A DNA stretch of 64,000 nucleotides from Nitrososphaerota archaeon. GTDB lineage: Archaea; Thermoproteota; Nitrososphaeria; Nitrososphaerales; Gagatemarchaeaceae. Within the stretch, counting starts at the first letter, position 1. Each line of letters begins with the position of its first letter. The stretch is taken from assembly GCA_027886905.1 (NCBI GenBank), contig JAPCJO010000001.1, positions 2,030-66,029 of the forward strand, in the 5' to 3' direction. A program made the position numbers and the translations under genes. Positions 34,974 to 43,916 of the stretch are shown piece after piece. The notes beneath the pieces are model-generated. The model was not told the DNA's origin. It worked only from the letters and a program-made list of their open reading frames with translations, and did not search any database.

Positions 34974-35413
34974 ACTCGGACGCCCTCATAGAGGCCTACC
35001 AAGCGGGACTCTCGCGATTTTCGGGTCTCCACACGACCTGCATATCGTTGTACGAATTTCTCCGAGGGTTGGCGTACCTGAAAAAGGACGTGGGGGAGTA
35101 CAAGACTCACTTGGAGTCGCACTTGAACGTGCTTGGTCTCGATAACCCGGGAATTGTGCAAGCATCAAAGATATTCGGCGACCTGAAACGGAATGGAAGT
35201 CTTGTCCAAGACCCAGACCTCCTTATCGCCGGGATATGCATAGCCAACTCCCTCCCACTCGTTACTGGTAATGCGAAGCACTTTGAAAGATTCGGCAAGT
35301 ACGGGCTAGCCCTTCGTCCGTTGAATGAGTTCATGGAAACCGTGGAGCGGGAAGGGAGCAGTGGCTCGTCCCTCCAGGACTCAAAAAAGAAGTACTCTGG
35401 CAGGCGTCGATAG
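34955..35413 (+). CDS. vapC: PIN-domain toxin (VapC)
   Basis: LDSDALIE...DLLIAGICIANSLPLVTGNAKHFERF shows the PIN acidic residues. Putative TTG start at 34955. Confidence 0.8.
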   Translation: MEDACLDSDALIEAYQAGLSRFSGLHTTCISLYEFLRGLAYLKKDVGEYKTHLESHLNVLGLDNPGIVQASKIFGDLKRNGSLVQDPDLLIAGICIANSLPLVTGNAKHFERFGKYGLALRPLNEFMETVEREGSSGSSLQDSKKKYSGRRR

Positions 35414-35422
35414 ATGATAGAT

Positions 35423-35447
35423 TGGTGCCCGGTAGGGATTTGAACCT
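35423..35447 (-). other. Orphan tRNA 3-prime fragment (T-loop, T-stem 3-prime strand, acceptor 3-prime strand, CCA)
   Basis: The minus strand reads GGTTCAAATCCCTACCGGGCACCA. I could not find a complementary 5-prime acceptor strand or a T-stem partner within about 150 nt upstream. Confidence 0.45.
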
Positions 35448-35548
35448 GAAGTTCAACTTGCTGCGACCGCGCGCACCTCCCAGAACAAGTCTGCGACCGC
35501 GCTGCCATTGTCGCGACTACTGCAAGAGCATCCTGATTTGCTTCCCAA

Positions 35549-36025
35549 TCATTGGATTGGTTCCCAATCGGCCAGGTCGAACGTCCTTACGCCGAGAGTC
35601 TTGGCATTCCTGATGACATAACGGTCGCTCGTGAGAAAAGGGAGATCGTATCTCTTGGCTGTGGCGAGATGCATCGAATCGAAATAACTCAGCTTCCTTC
35701 TGCCACCATGCTTCATGTACATAGAGAGCGCGTCCTCTGCGATTTCAGCGCTCATCGGCATGGATGAATTGGAAATGGCTTTCATGTCTGAGACGAAACT
35801 GAGAACCGTCTCCAATGGGACCTCGTCCGCCCAAAGCGCCGAGATGGCGTCGTCATAGACCTCCGATGAGGTTCTCAAGTTCACCCTGCCCGCACTCGCG
35901 GCCTCGATGACCTTAGAGGCCTGGTCTTCCAGCCTACCTCCTCGCAGATAGAAGAAGAACAGATCGGCGTCGCCCAAGATCGATAGAGGCGAGCGTTCCT
36001 CGGGCGAAGGCTCATCTGCGCCCAT
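35549..36025 (-). CDS. vapC: PIN-domain toxin (VapC)
   Basis: ILGDADLFFFYL...SYFDSMHLATAKRYDLPFLTSD shows PIN motifs. Confidence 0.8.
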   Translation of the reverse strand: MGADEPSPEERSPLSILGDADLFFFYLRGGRLEDQASKVIEAASAGRVNLRTSSEVYDDAISALWADEVPLETVLSFVSDMKAISNSSMPMSAEIAEDALSMYMKHGGRRKLSYFDSMHLATAKRYDLPFLTSDRYVIRNAKTLGVRTFDLADWEPIQ

Positions 36026-36242
36026 GGGCTACGAACTCCTCCCCTTTCTCTTCCAACTCGCTCCACTCGGACTTGATGAGCTTCCGATATTTCCCCCTCA
36101 ACTTCTCTACCGCGACCAGGGGTTCGAGCTCCATATGGTCGTCTTTCACGGTCACCTTGAAGCGGTTCGAGGCGTATCGTCTCCTGATCTCCACTGGAAT
36201 TAGTATCCTGCCCTTTTCATCTGCCTCCACCACGGCGCTCAT
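36012..36242 (-). CDS. vapB: AbrB/SpoVT-family antitoxin (VapB)
   Basis: DEKGRILIPVEIRRRY is a looped-hinge-helix motif. It overlaps the PIN gene start by 14 nt. Confidence 0.75.
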   Translation of the reverse strand: MSAVVEADEKGRILIPVEIRRRYASNRFKVTVKDDHMELEPLVAVEKLRGKYRKLIKSEWSELEEKGEEFVAHGRR

Positions 36243-36471
36243 ATCCCACCTTCCCACCAGTGGGAACATTTATGCGTTTTACCCCAAACAAGTGCGAATT
36301 AGCCTGCTTAGGTTCGAATAGCCCATTAGGCTCAAAAGTTGTGGCCCAGAGGACTCGGACAATTATTCGTATGAGCATTCGGCGGTCGGTGTCCAAGACC
36401 TGTTGCTATCAAATGGGCGTCCGAGGCAGGCGCTAGAAATCAATAACTACTCGTGCGCCGCGGAAGACCCC

Positions 36472-36603
36472 ATGCCAGTCTGTCCGAAGTGCCACAAGCT
36501 GATCAGCACGAACAACTATTCAAGGCATCTGAGGCGCTGCGGCACCTCTCACAAGCACTCGCCGGGTACTCTCGACCAGTCCGACTTCTTAATGAGGATC
36601 TGA
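36472..36603 (+). CDS. Possible 43-aa C2HC zinc-finger mini-protein
   Basis: MPVCPKCHKLISTNNYSRHLRRCGTSH... Only the metal-ligand pattern supports this call. Confidence 0.3.
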   Translation: MPVCPKCHKLISTNNYSRHLRRCGTSHKHSPGTLDQSDFLMRI

Positions 36604-36941
36604 CGCCCTTCCCGCGAGGCGACGGGCCGCACTCGCCTTCGAGGACCTGCCCCATGTGTGACACAAGCATCGTCCAAGGCCACATTCCGCGGGGAGGAAA
36701 TACACCGCTTCAAGAGGAAAGGGCCGTGGGGAGAGTGTGGAATTCCAGTGGTGCGACGACGAGAAGAGGGAACCCCTTGCCGACAGCCAGCGGCTGGCGT
36801 CAAACATGGAGGTTGGCGAGAGGATAGGTCGGAGAGCGAAAGGAGACGGTCAGTGCAACAACATTCGCTCTCCCGCAAATACCTTAACCATAGAACTCGG
36901 TGCGGTCACATTTTTTAGGCACCTTCCTCGCATTTTTGCTC

Positions 36942-37061
36942 ATGACACTCGATGAAAAGGTCCGGTACGGAATGATGGCCGTCGGAGGCGCCAGTCTGGT
37001 CTTCGCCGCGCTGGGACTTCATGTGTCTCCGCTCGACGCGATGAGCGGCGCCGGCTCCTGA
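36942..37061 (+). CDS. Unannotated 39-aa membrane mini-protein (copy 2): MTLDEKVRYGMMAVGGASLVFAALGLHVSPLDAMSGAGS
   Basis: Paralog of 24180..24299. It has the same convergent arrangement with a 384-aa regulator paralog (18-nt gap here, 28 nt in copy 1). Confidence 0.55.
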   Translation: MTLDEKVRYGMMAVGGASLVFAALGLHVSPLDAMSGAGS

Positions 37062-37079
37062 GCGAATGCCTCGGCGGTC

Positions 37080-38234
37080 TTAGCTCGTCCGCCCGACCTT
37101 CAGGACGAGCTCCTCGAACTTGGGGAGAAGCTCCTGGCTTCCGAACCGCCAGGCGTTCTCCGCGGGGTCATAGAGTTGGGGGTTTAGCGTGAACCCTATC
37201 GCGTTCGTATGGTCTACGATGTAGAGTGCGTACTTCCTCCGCACGCCGTGCAGGGTCCTCTCGAGCGCCTCGTATCCCTCCGCGGCGGCCTCGCTGGGGA
37301 ATGCGACCTCCGCGTAGTAGAATCCCTTCCCGGCGGCCTCGGCCCAGAGGCAGGGAAACTGGTTCAGGCCCGCCCTCACCTCCGTCCTCTCGCTGTCTGT
37401 GATGTCCGTGACGAGGAGGTTCAGGAGCAGCTGGCGGTGCTTCCTGTGCATCGCCTTCTCCAGCCTGTAGTCGTAACGTGTTCCCAGCCAGTTCATCCGG
37501 TAATTCCTGATAAGGCCTCTCGCCACGACGTGCTTCCGATAGTGGTACTGGGTGTTCTTCATGCTGGACCCTGCCTTGGCCGCTATCCTCGTGATCGTCG
37601 TATTGGCGTCCAGTTGAAGTTGCTTGAGTATCTCAAGGTCGAGGCGGTCAAAGTGCGCCTTGCCCTGGGGCCTGACCTCGTCCATCTCGTCATGCTTCTC
37701 GGTCAGCTTTCCCCAATCAAAGTCCCATAGTCCCCGGTCGAAGTCGAAGGATTCAGCGCGCATGGGGACGTTCCTGTGCCAATCGGCAACCAACGTCCTT
37801 ACGGACCGGAAGATTCCCGCATCCCTGAGTTTCCCCATGAACGAGGCGTATCCCTCGACGTGCTCTTCGGGCACGATAGCGTGGACGATGTAGTCCCCCC
37901 CAGGGAGCGTCCTGTTGTAGTAGCGGACGTAGCAAAGCTCGCTCATCGCCCGGAGGATGGGGTTCGCGTACTCCTCGACGTCGTCCCCGAACTCGACGAC
38001 CATGACGACGTACTTGAGACCCAGCCTCTCGTAGGCGACCGCGGCCTGCACCGCGAACCCCCTCCCAAGCAGCTTCGCCTTGTACCAATAGCGAGCGGTT
38101 TCCTTGTAGACCCCCACGCTCTTGCTGACCTCGGTGATGTCCGGCCCGCGCACGCCGATCGCCTTCACGAACTCCGCCATCTTGGCCCTGGAATCGGTCA
38201 GCCTGTGTCGTCTCCTCGATGGCTCGAGGACCAT
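37080..38234 (-). CDS. Tandem double winged-helix putative regulator, paralog 2
   Basis: Collinear with 24328..25479 (for example YWYKAKLLGRGF vs YWFKKLLKQGMV, LDLEILKQLQLD vs IDLEIIKWLQRD, YHYRKHV vs FHHRKHV). AATTTTAAATAA box about 30 nt upstream. Confidence 0.75.
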   Translation of the reverse strand: MVLEPSRRRHRLTDSRAKMAEFVKAIGVRGPDITEVSKSVGVYKETARYWYKAKLLGRGFAVQAAVAYERLGLKYVVMVVEFGDDVEEYANPILRAMSELCYVRYYNRTLPGGDYIVHAIVPEEHVEGYASFMGKLRDAGIFRSVRTLVADWHRNVPMRAESFDFDRGLWDFDWGKLTEKHDEMDEVRPQGKAHFDRLDLEILKQLQLDANTTITRIAAKAGSSMKNTQYHYRKHVVARGLIRNYRMNWLGTRYDYRLEKAMHRKHRQLLLNLLVTDITDSERTEVRAGLNQFPCLWAEAAGKGFYYAEVAFPSEAAAEGYEALERTLHGVRRKYALYIVDHTNAIGFTLNPQLYDPAENAWRFGSQELLPKFEELVLKVGRTS

Positions 38235-38405
38235 CTGACAGTGATTGTCCGGCTCGCGTTATTTAAAATTGTGCAGGTCCCTGACAAAAAATCGACTCGC
38301 ACCGTTCTTCCGGTAAACGAAGCAATCTTCAAGTCCGCGTGGTCCCATCTAACAGGATCGGCAAAGCGCACTGAAGGTGTTTCGTTCCGTGCCCTTCAAA
38401 ATGCT

Positions 38406-39791
38406 CTACGCGGATGTCGCACCGTACTTGGCGAACACGCTGTCCCAATCGTAGTGCCCGACCACCGGGGCTACCACCTTCGCGGAACAGCCCTTCGAGA
38501 CCGCCATCTTTGCGACTTGCTGTTGGAAGTCCGTCCAAAACGCATCAGCCCCTCTGAAGGCCGTTGCGAATATCAACGGCAGCAGATCGTCGGGAAGCGG
38601 CTCCAGCGGCCCGAGGATGGTGCCGATCAGGGTCGTCCACATCGGCAAGTACGGCCGGTCTGCGCCACGCGTGTAGACTACCTGGCCGAGGTCCGGGTCA
38701 TCCCAATAGCCGAATTCCCGGTTCCCGGCGACGGGGTGCGTGCCGTCTATGTATGACGCGCACGTGGAAAGGACCCAGTGGTCCGGTCGGCTCTGGCTGC
38801 ACACCACCGTGCCGTCGGTCGTGGGCGAAACGCTCGAAAGGAGGCCTGTTATCAGCGGAATGAAAATGCTGAACAAGGTTCCTTCCGGGCTCGCGCTCAA
38901 CCATAGCGTCTGGTCTTCGCTGCCCGACGTGGAATACTTGGGAGGTGTATTTCTGGCGGCGTCGACCGAGCTCCAATAGCGAAAATCACCGACCGACGGC
39001 TTGATGTCGGTCGTAAGGTCTCGACGGATTTCATCGAAGAGGGCGTCCATCGTGTAGCCTGACGGCAGCGAACGGATCTGGACCGGGTAGTAGTCGAGCG
39101 TCACTGGGCTGCCATCGCCTGCGCTGCCGATCTGCTGTAGCTGGACCGAGCGGCGTCGGATGGCTTGCATGACGTTCGCATCGGGCAGCAAGTTGATGAG
39201 GTCCTTCCATGAGCTGAGGTCTTGAGTAGGTGCGGGAAAGGCGGGTTCGGGCTGGAGCGACGCCGACGCGGGGAGCGACCCCAGCAGCTCTGTAACGGCT
39301 CGCTCCGTCCCAGGTCCCTCATAGGGATTGAGCGCCAGGCCTGCTGGGTCTTCCGCCGTGAGGCCGACGAAGGCTTCTGAGAGGATTAGCCGGGCGGCCG
39401 TGTACGGTGCCCATCTTGCCATGTCGCCCACCGTCTTGATGCCGAGGTCACTCTCTAGGGCTGGGATCAAGGCGGAATCGATTCCGCGCAGGATGGTGAT
39501 TTCAGACTTGGAGATTTCGCCTGGAATGTTTGCGTGTATCCCAATCTTGTGCTCTAGCGCATGGGTGAAGCCCACGATCACTCCTGCGTGTCCCCTATCG
39601 ACGCCAGCAAGTTGAGAGGCGTTGCCAAAGAGGCGCGACGTCCCGAGGTCGAAGACCGTGCTGACCTGCAACTTTGCCAGGTCTGCAGCGGCGGCAGCGG
39701 TGACGCCTTTCAGGATGTCTGGAGGAGCGGCAAGGACCTTTCGAACATCGTCATCGGCTGTGTCTTCCTTAAGAAAGTCACGAAAAGTCAT
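38406..39791 (-). CDS. Hypothetical 461-aa protein: N-terminal helix-hairpin-helix-like repeats and a C-terminal domain of unknown family
   Basis: Long uninterrupted ORF with normal composition. Segments ILKGVTAAAAADLAKLQVSTVFDLG and ILRGIDSALIPALESDLGIKTVGDMA resemble HhH motifs. I recognise nothing in the remaining about 270 aa. Confidence 0.65.
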   Translation of the reverse strand: MTFRDFLKEDTADDDVRKVLAAPPDILKGVTAAAAADLAKLQVSTVFDLGTSRLFGNASQLAGVDRGHAGVIVGFTHALEHKIGIHANIPGEISKSEITILRGIDSALIPALESDLGIKTVGDMARWAPYTAARLILSEAFVGLTAEDPAGLALNPYEGPGTERAVTELLGSLPASASLQPEPAFPAPTQDLSSWKDLINLLPDANVMQAIRRRSVQLQQIGSAGDGSPVTLDYYPVQIRSLPSGYTMDALFDEIRRDLTTDIKPSVGDFRYWSSVDAARNTPPKYSTSGSEDQTLWLSASPEGTLFSIFIPLITGLLSSVSPTTDGTVVCSQSRPDHWVLSTCASYIDGTHPVAGNREFGYWDDPDLGQVVYTRGADRPYLPMWTTLIGTILGPLEPLPDDLLPLIFATAFRGADAFWTDFQQQVAKMAVSKGCSAKVVAPVVGHYDWDSVFAKYGATSA

Positions 39792-40005
39792 CTTTAGATT
39801 CGCTTCTGCTGACGAGCCCTTTCCATTCGGAGAAGTTGCCTATCACGTTTTCGACTCAGGTGGTCTTTGGCGCCCTACGAGCCCAATCGTAGACATAAGG
39901 GGCTGACACCTTGTCACGAACCTAGAATTCCCGCGCGACAATGTACAACTATGCGTAGTCGTGCTTAAATCACAGCATAACTTGACCGTCGCCTGAGCAA
40001 CATGG

Positions 40006-41445
40006 GTGACCGCTTTTGGTTCCGAACAGAAACTTGCTCCGCTTTCGCTGAAGGCTGAACGGCTAGAGACCAAGGACTCTCCTCGCTCCCTCTTCGTAAA
40101 GGTCCACGAGGAGTTCGATAACGCGTTCCTGCTGGAGTCCGCCATAGGTGCGAAGCGGCTCGCAGAATACTCCTTCATCGGGTTCGAGCCGGAGACTATC
40201 GTGACGGTGAAAGACGGGAGCCTGGACGTGGCGTCCTCGGACGGCGGAAAGGACCACTTGAAGACGCGGGAGCCGCTCCAGGACTTGAGGAGATTCATAG
40301 GCGCTCCGGCCTCAGGGCTGCCGGCGCAGAGCCCCTTCAGGTTCATCGGAGGTGCGGTCGGCTACATATCATATGACTCCGTCCGCTACTGGGAGCGCCT
40401 GCCGACCAAGGCAAGGGACGACCTGTCCCTCCCGGACATGGAGTTCGGCATCTACACGGATGGCGTGGTCTTCGACCACATCAAGAAGGGCATCTACTAT
40501 TACACCCTGGGCCGCGAGGACCGGCTGAAGCAGGTGCAGTCCCTCTTGCGGAGGGGCCCGCGGAGCGAGCGAGGAGAGCTCACCGCACGTGGCGACGCTA
40601 AGCCCACCGTGGAGAAGGGGCGGTTCCAGGCGATGGTGGAGACCGCGAAGAAGCAGATCACCGCCGGCGACATCTTCCAGGTGGTGCTCGCCAAACGCTA
40701 CGACTTCGAGCTCGACGGCGACCTCTCGATATTCTACGAGGCCCTGAGCGCGATCAACCCCTCGCCCTACATGTACTTCCTAAAGTTCGGCGAGAGGAGG
40801 ATAGTCGGCTCTAGCCCCGAGATGCTCGTCCGGGTCGAGGACCGACAGGTGGAGACCTTCCCCATAGCGGGCACACGCCCCCACCTTCAGGACAGGAGGG
40901 AGAACGCCAAGCTCACGAAGGAGCTGCTCGCCGACCCCAAGGAGAGGGCCGAGCACACGATGCTCGTCGACCTCGCGAGGAACGACGTCGGCAGGGTGGC
41001 GAAGTACGGGAGCGTCAAGGTCCCCGAGCTGTTCACAGTCCAGCAGTTCAGCCACGTCCAGCACATCGTCTCGCGGGTCGTGGGGAACCTCCGCCCCGAG
41101 TTCGACTCCTTCGACGCCATGCGCGCCATCTTCCCGGCCGGAACGGTCTCGGGCGCGCCCAAGCCCCGGGCCATGGAGATAATCGAGGAGCTGGAGCCAG
41201 TCCGGCGCGGCCCCTACGCTGGCGCGCTGGGCTACTTCTCCTTCAACGGCAACGCCGACTTTGCGATAACCATCAGGACGCTGGTCGCCAAGGGCCGGAA
41301 CTGCAGCATCCAGGCCGGGGCGGGCATCGTCGCGGACTCCGACCCGGAGAGGGAGTGGTATGAGACGGAGTCCAAGGCGGCGGGCCTGATGAAGGCCGTC
41401 GAGAAGGCCACCGGCAGGCGCCTGGTAGGGGAGGGGCGGAGATGA
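40006..41445 (+). CDS. trpE: Anthranilate synthase component I
   Basis: Chorismate-binding enzyme motifs (SPEMLVRV, GTRPH, FPAGTVSGAPKPRAMEIIEELE, RGPYAGALGY). GTG start. Confidence 0.9.
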   Translation: MTAFGSEQKLAPLSLKAERLETKDSPRSLFVKVHEEFDNAFLLESAIGAKRLAEYSFIGFEPETIVTVKDGSLDVASSDGGKDHLKTREPLQDLRRFIGAPASGLPAQSPFRFIGGAVGYISYDSVRYWERLPTKARDDLSLPDMEFGIYTDGVVFDHIKKGIYYYTLGREDRLKQVQSLLRRGPRSERGELTARGDAKPTVEKGRFQAMVETAKKQITAGDIFQVVLAKRYDFELDGDLSIFYEALSAINPSPYMYFLKFGERRIVGSSPEMLVRVEDRQVETFPIAGTRPHLQDRRENAKLTKELLADPKERAEHTMLVDLARNDVGRVAKYGSVKVPELFTVQQFSHVQHIVSRVVGNLRPEFDSFDAMRAIFPAGTVSGAPKPRAMEIIEELEPVRRGPYAGALGYFSFNGNADFAITIRTLVAKGRNCSIQAGAGIVADSDPEREWYETESKAAGLMKAVEKATGRRLVGEGRR

Positions 41446-42026
41446 AGGTCCTCCTCATAGACAACTACGACTCGTTCGTCTACAACCTCGCCCAGTACGT
41501 GGGCGAGATGGGAGGGGACCCCGAGGTCTTCAGGAACGACGCCATCACGATGGCCCAGGTGCGCGACATGGCACCCGACCGCATCATCATCTCGCCCGGC
41601 CCCGGCCACCCCGCCGACAAGAGGTACTTCGGGGTCTGCGAGAGGGTCCTCCAGGAGGTGAGCCCCAAGGTGCCCACGCTCGGGGTCTGCCTCGGCCACC
41701 AGGGCATCGGCACCTCCTACGGCGCGAAGGTGAGCGGCGCCTCGAGGCTTATGCACGGCAAGACCAGCAGGATAGTCCACGACGGCCAGGGCCTCTACAA
41801 GGGCGTGAAGAACCCCTTCGAGGCGACCCGCTACCACTCCCTCGCCATCCAGAAGGACGACCTCCCTGAGGAGCTCCGCGTCACGGCCCTCTCGATGGAC
41901 GACGCCGAGATCATGGGGGTGAGGCACAGGAAGTACCCCATCGAGGGGGTGCAGTTCCACCCGGAGTCCATCATGACCAGCGAGGGGAAGAAGATGATTC
42001 GCAACTTCCTCCGGGGACCCAGATGA
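41442..42026 (+). CDS. trpG: Anthranilate synthase component II (glutamine amidotransferase)
   Basis: LLIDNYDSFVYNL, catalytic GVCLGHQ, and HPES. ATGA start/stop overlap with trpE. Confidence 0.9.
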   Translation: MKVLLIDNYDSFVYNLAQYVGEMGGDPEVFRNDAITMAQVRDMAPDRIIISPGPGHPADKRYFGVCERVLQEVSPKVPTLGVCLGHQGIGTSYGAKVSGASRLMHGKTSRIVHDGQGLYKGVKNPFEATRYHSLAIQKDDLPEELRVTALSMDDAEIMGVRHRKYPIEGVQFHPESIMTSEGKKMIRNFLRGPR

Positions 42027-43099
42027 CGGCCACACAGGTCGCCATCCAGCTCATCCTGGACGGGAATGACCTCTCTAGCGAGACCATATCCGGCTGCCTG
42101 AAGGAGATAGTCGACGGGACGGCAACGCCCGTCCAGGTAGCGGGCCTCCTGGTCGCCCTCAGGAAGAAGGGAGAGACCGTGGAGGAGATCGCGGCCTTCG
42201 CGTCGACCCTCCGGGGCTACGCCTCGATGAAGGACCGCCCAGTGGTGAAAGGCAGGATGGTCGACACCTGCGGGACCGGCGGGGACGCCGTCAAGACCCC
42301 CAACGTGAGCACCATGGCCTCTTTCGTCGCCGCTGGGGCTGGCGCGGTGGTGGCCAAGCACGGCGGGCGCTCCGTCACGAGCAAGTGCGGCAGCGCGGAC
42401 GTGATGGAGAAGCTGGGCTTCAACCTCGCAATGGAGCCCTCGCGCGTCAAGGACTCCATCGAGCAGATAGGGGTCGGCTTCATGTTCGCGCCGGCGTTCC
42501 ATCCGGCGATGAAGCAGGTCGCGCCCGTCAGGAGGGAACTCGGCGTCAGGACGATCTTCAACCTTATGGGGCCGCTCATCAACCCCGCCCGAGTGGACGC
42601 GCAGCTCCTCGGCCTCTACGACCCCGCGCTGGTCCCGCAGGTCGCCGCCGTCCTGGGGAGGCTCGGCCTGGAGGAGGCCATCGTGGTCCACGGCCTCGAG
42701 GGGGTCGACGAGATCTCCGTGACGGGGAAGACCCTCGTCTCGCACCTGAAGGACGGCAGGGTGGAAACCCGGGAGCGCCTCCCGCGGGAGTTCGGGATTC
42801 CCGACGGGCCGCTCATCCCGCCGACGAGCCCTGCCGACGCCGAGGAGGGGGCAATGCTGGCGCTCTCGGTCCTCGGCGGGGACTCGAACGCCCGGGAGTG
42901 CGGGACACTCATGGTCATCGCGAACAGCGCGGCGTGCCTCGTCCTTGCCCAGAAGGCGGCCACCTTCTCCGAGGGTGCCGAGATGGCGTCCGCGTCGATA
43001 AGAAGCGGGAGGGCGATGGGGAAGCTCGAGCAGATGGTGAAGTTCAGCGGGGGAAGCCTGGAAGGAGCGAGGGAGAGATATGCAAAGCGGAAGAAATGA
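42023..43099 (+). CDS. trpD: Anthranilate phosphoribosyltransferase
   Basis: DTCGTGGD, KHGGRSVTSKCGSADV and NLMGPLINPA motifs. Confidence 0.9.
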   Translation: MTATQVAIQLILDGNDLSSETISGCLKEIVDGTATPVQVAGLLVALRKKGETVEEIAAFASTLRGYASMKDRPVVKGRMVDTCGTGGDAVKTPNVSTMASFVAAGAGAVVAKHGGRSVTSKCGSADVMEKLGFNLAMEPSRVKDSIEQIGVGFMFAPAFHPAMKQVAPVRRELGVRTIFNLMGPLINPARVDAQLLGLYDPALVPQVAAVLGRLGLEEAIVVHGLEGVDEISVTGKTLVSHLKDGRVETRERLPREFGIPDGPLIPPTSPADAEEGAMLALSVLGGDSNARECGTLMVIANSAACLVLAQKAATFSEGAEMASASIRSGRAMGKLEQMVKFSGGSLEGARERYAKRKK

Positions 43100-43916
43100 G
43101 TCCAACTTCGTCTTCACCCTGGCGCGGTCGGCGGCCCAGAGCATCGCCGAGGGATACTACCGCGACCTGGGCGAGGCGGCCGGCGCCGGGCTGGAGCACA
43201 GGAGCCTCAAGGATTCCATCCTCCACTCGAAGCGGACGCCGCTCATCGCGGAGATCAAGTTCACCTCCCCGGCAGAGGGCAAGCTAAGGCCAGCCGGCGA
43301 CGTCAGGAAGATAGCGAGGTCCTACGAGCGAGGCGGCGTCTCGGCGATATCCGTCCTCACGGAGCCCAAGCACTTCGACGGCGACATCAGCTATCTGCCC
43401 CTCGTCAAGAAGGCGGTCAAGGTCCCCGTCCTCATGAAGGACGTCGTCATCGACCCGATCCAGATTGACGCGGGCGCGAGGATGGGTGCCGATGCGGTCC
43501 TCTTCATCGCGGCGATTTTCGCGAACGGGCTGGCGAGGGCGGGCCTCGACGAGATGTTCTCGCGCGCGCACGACGCGGGCCTGGAAGTGCTCTATGAAGC
43601 GCACACCGAGGGGGAGTACACACGCGCCTTGGAGTCCGAGGCGGACGTGGTCGGGATAAACAACAGGAACCTCGACACGCTCGATGTCTCCCTCGCGACC
43701 TCGAAGAGGCTGCTGGCCGCGGGGAAGGAGACGAGGGAGCGGCTCAAAGAATCGGGCATGGACAAGCCCGTTATCTCGGAGAGCGGCATCAAGACTAGGC
43801 GGGAGATCGACGAGCTCCGAGCGCTTGGGGCGAACGGCGTCCTGATAGGCTCCGCCTTCATGAAGTCGGCGGACCTGGAGGAGAAGGTGCGGTCTCTGAC
43901 GGGGACATCGAGATGA
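43080..43916 (+). CDS. trpC: Indole-3-glycerol-phosphate synthase
   Basis: LIAEIKFTSPAEG, ISVLTEPKHFDG and GINNRNLDTLDV. Confidence 0.9.
   Translation: MQSGRNESNFVFTLARSAAQSIAEGYYRDLGEAAGAGLEHRSLKDSILHSKRTPLIAEIKFTSPAEGKLRPAGDVRKIARSYERGGVSAISVLTEPKHFDGDISYLPLVKKAVKVPVLMKDVVIDPIQIDAGARMGADAVLFIAAIFANGLARAGLDEMFSRAHDAGLEVLYEAHTEGEYTRALESEADVVGINNRNLDTLDVSLATSKRLLAAGKETRERLKESGMDKPVISESGIKTRREIDELRALGANGVLIGSAFMKSADLEEKVRSLTGTSR

Noticed and set aside
36301-36332. GGTTCGAAT motif on the plus strand suggesting a tRNA T-arm
   Set aside because: The position after the loop is A rather than C, and no stems can be formed. The local hairpin AGCCT...AGGCT is unrelated to a cloverleaf.
41831-43144. 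437-aa minus-strand ORF across trpG/trpD
   Set aside because: It is antisense to unmistakable trp genes and has low-complexity composition.
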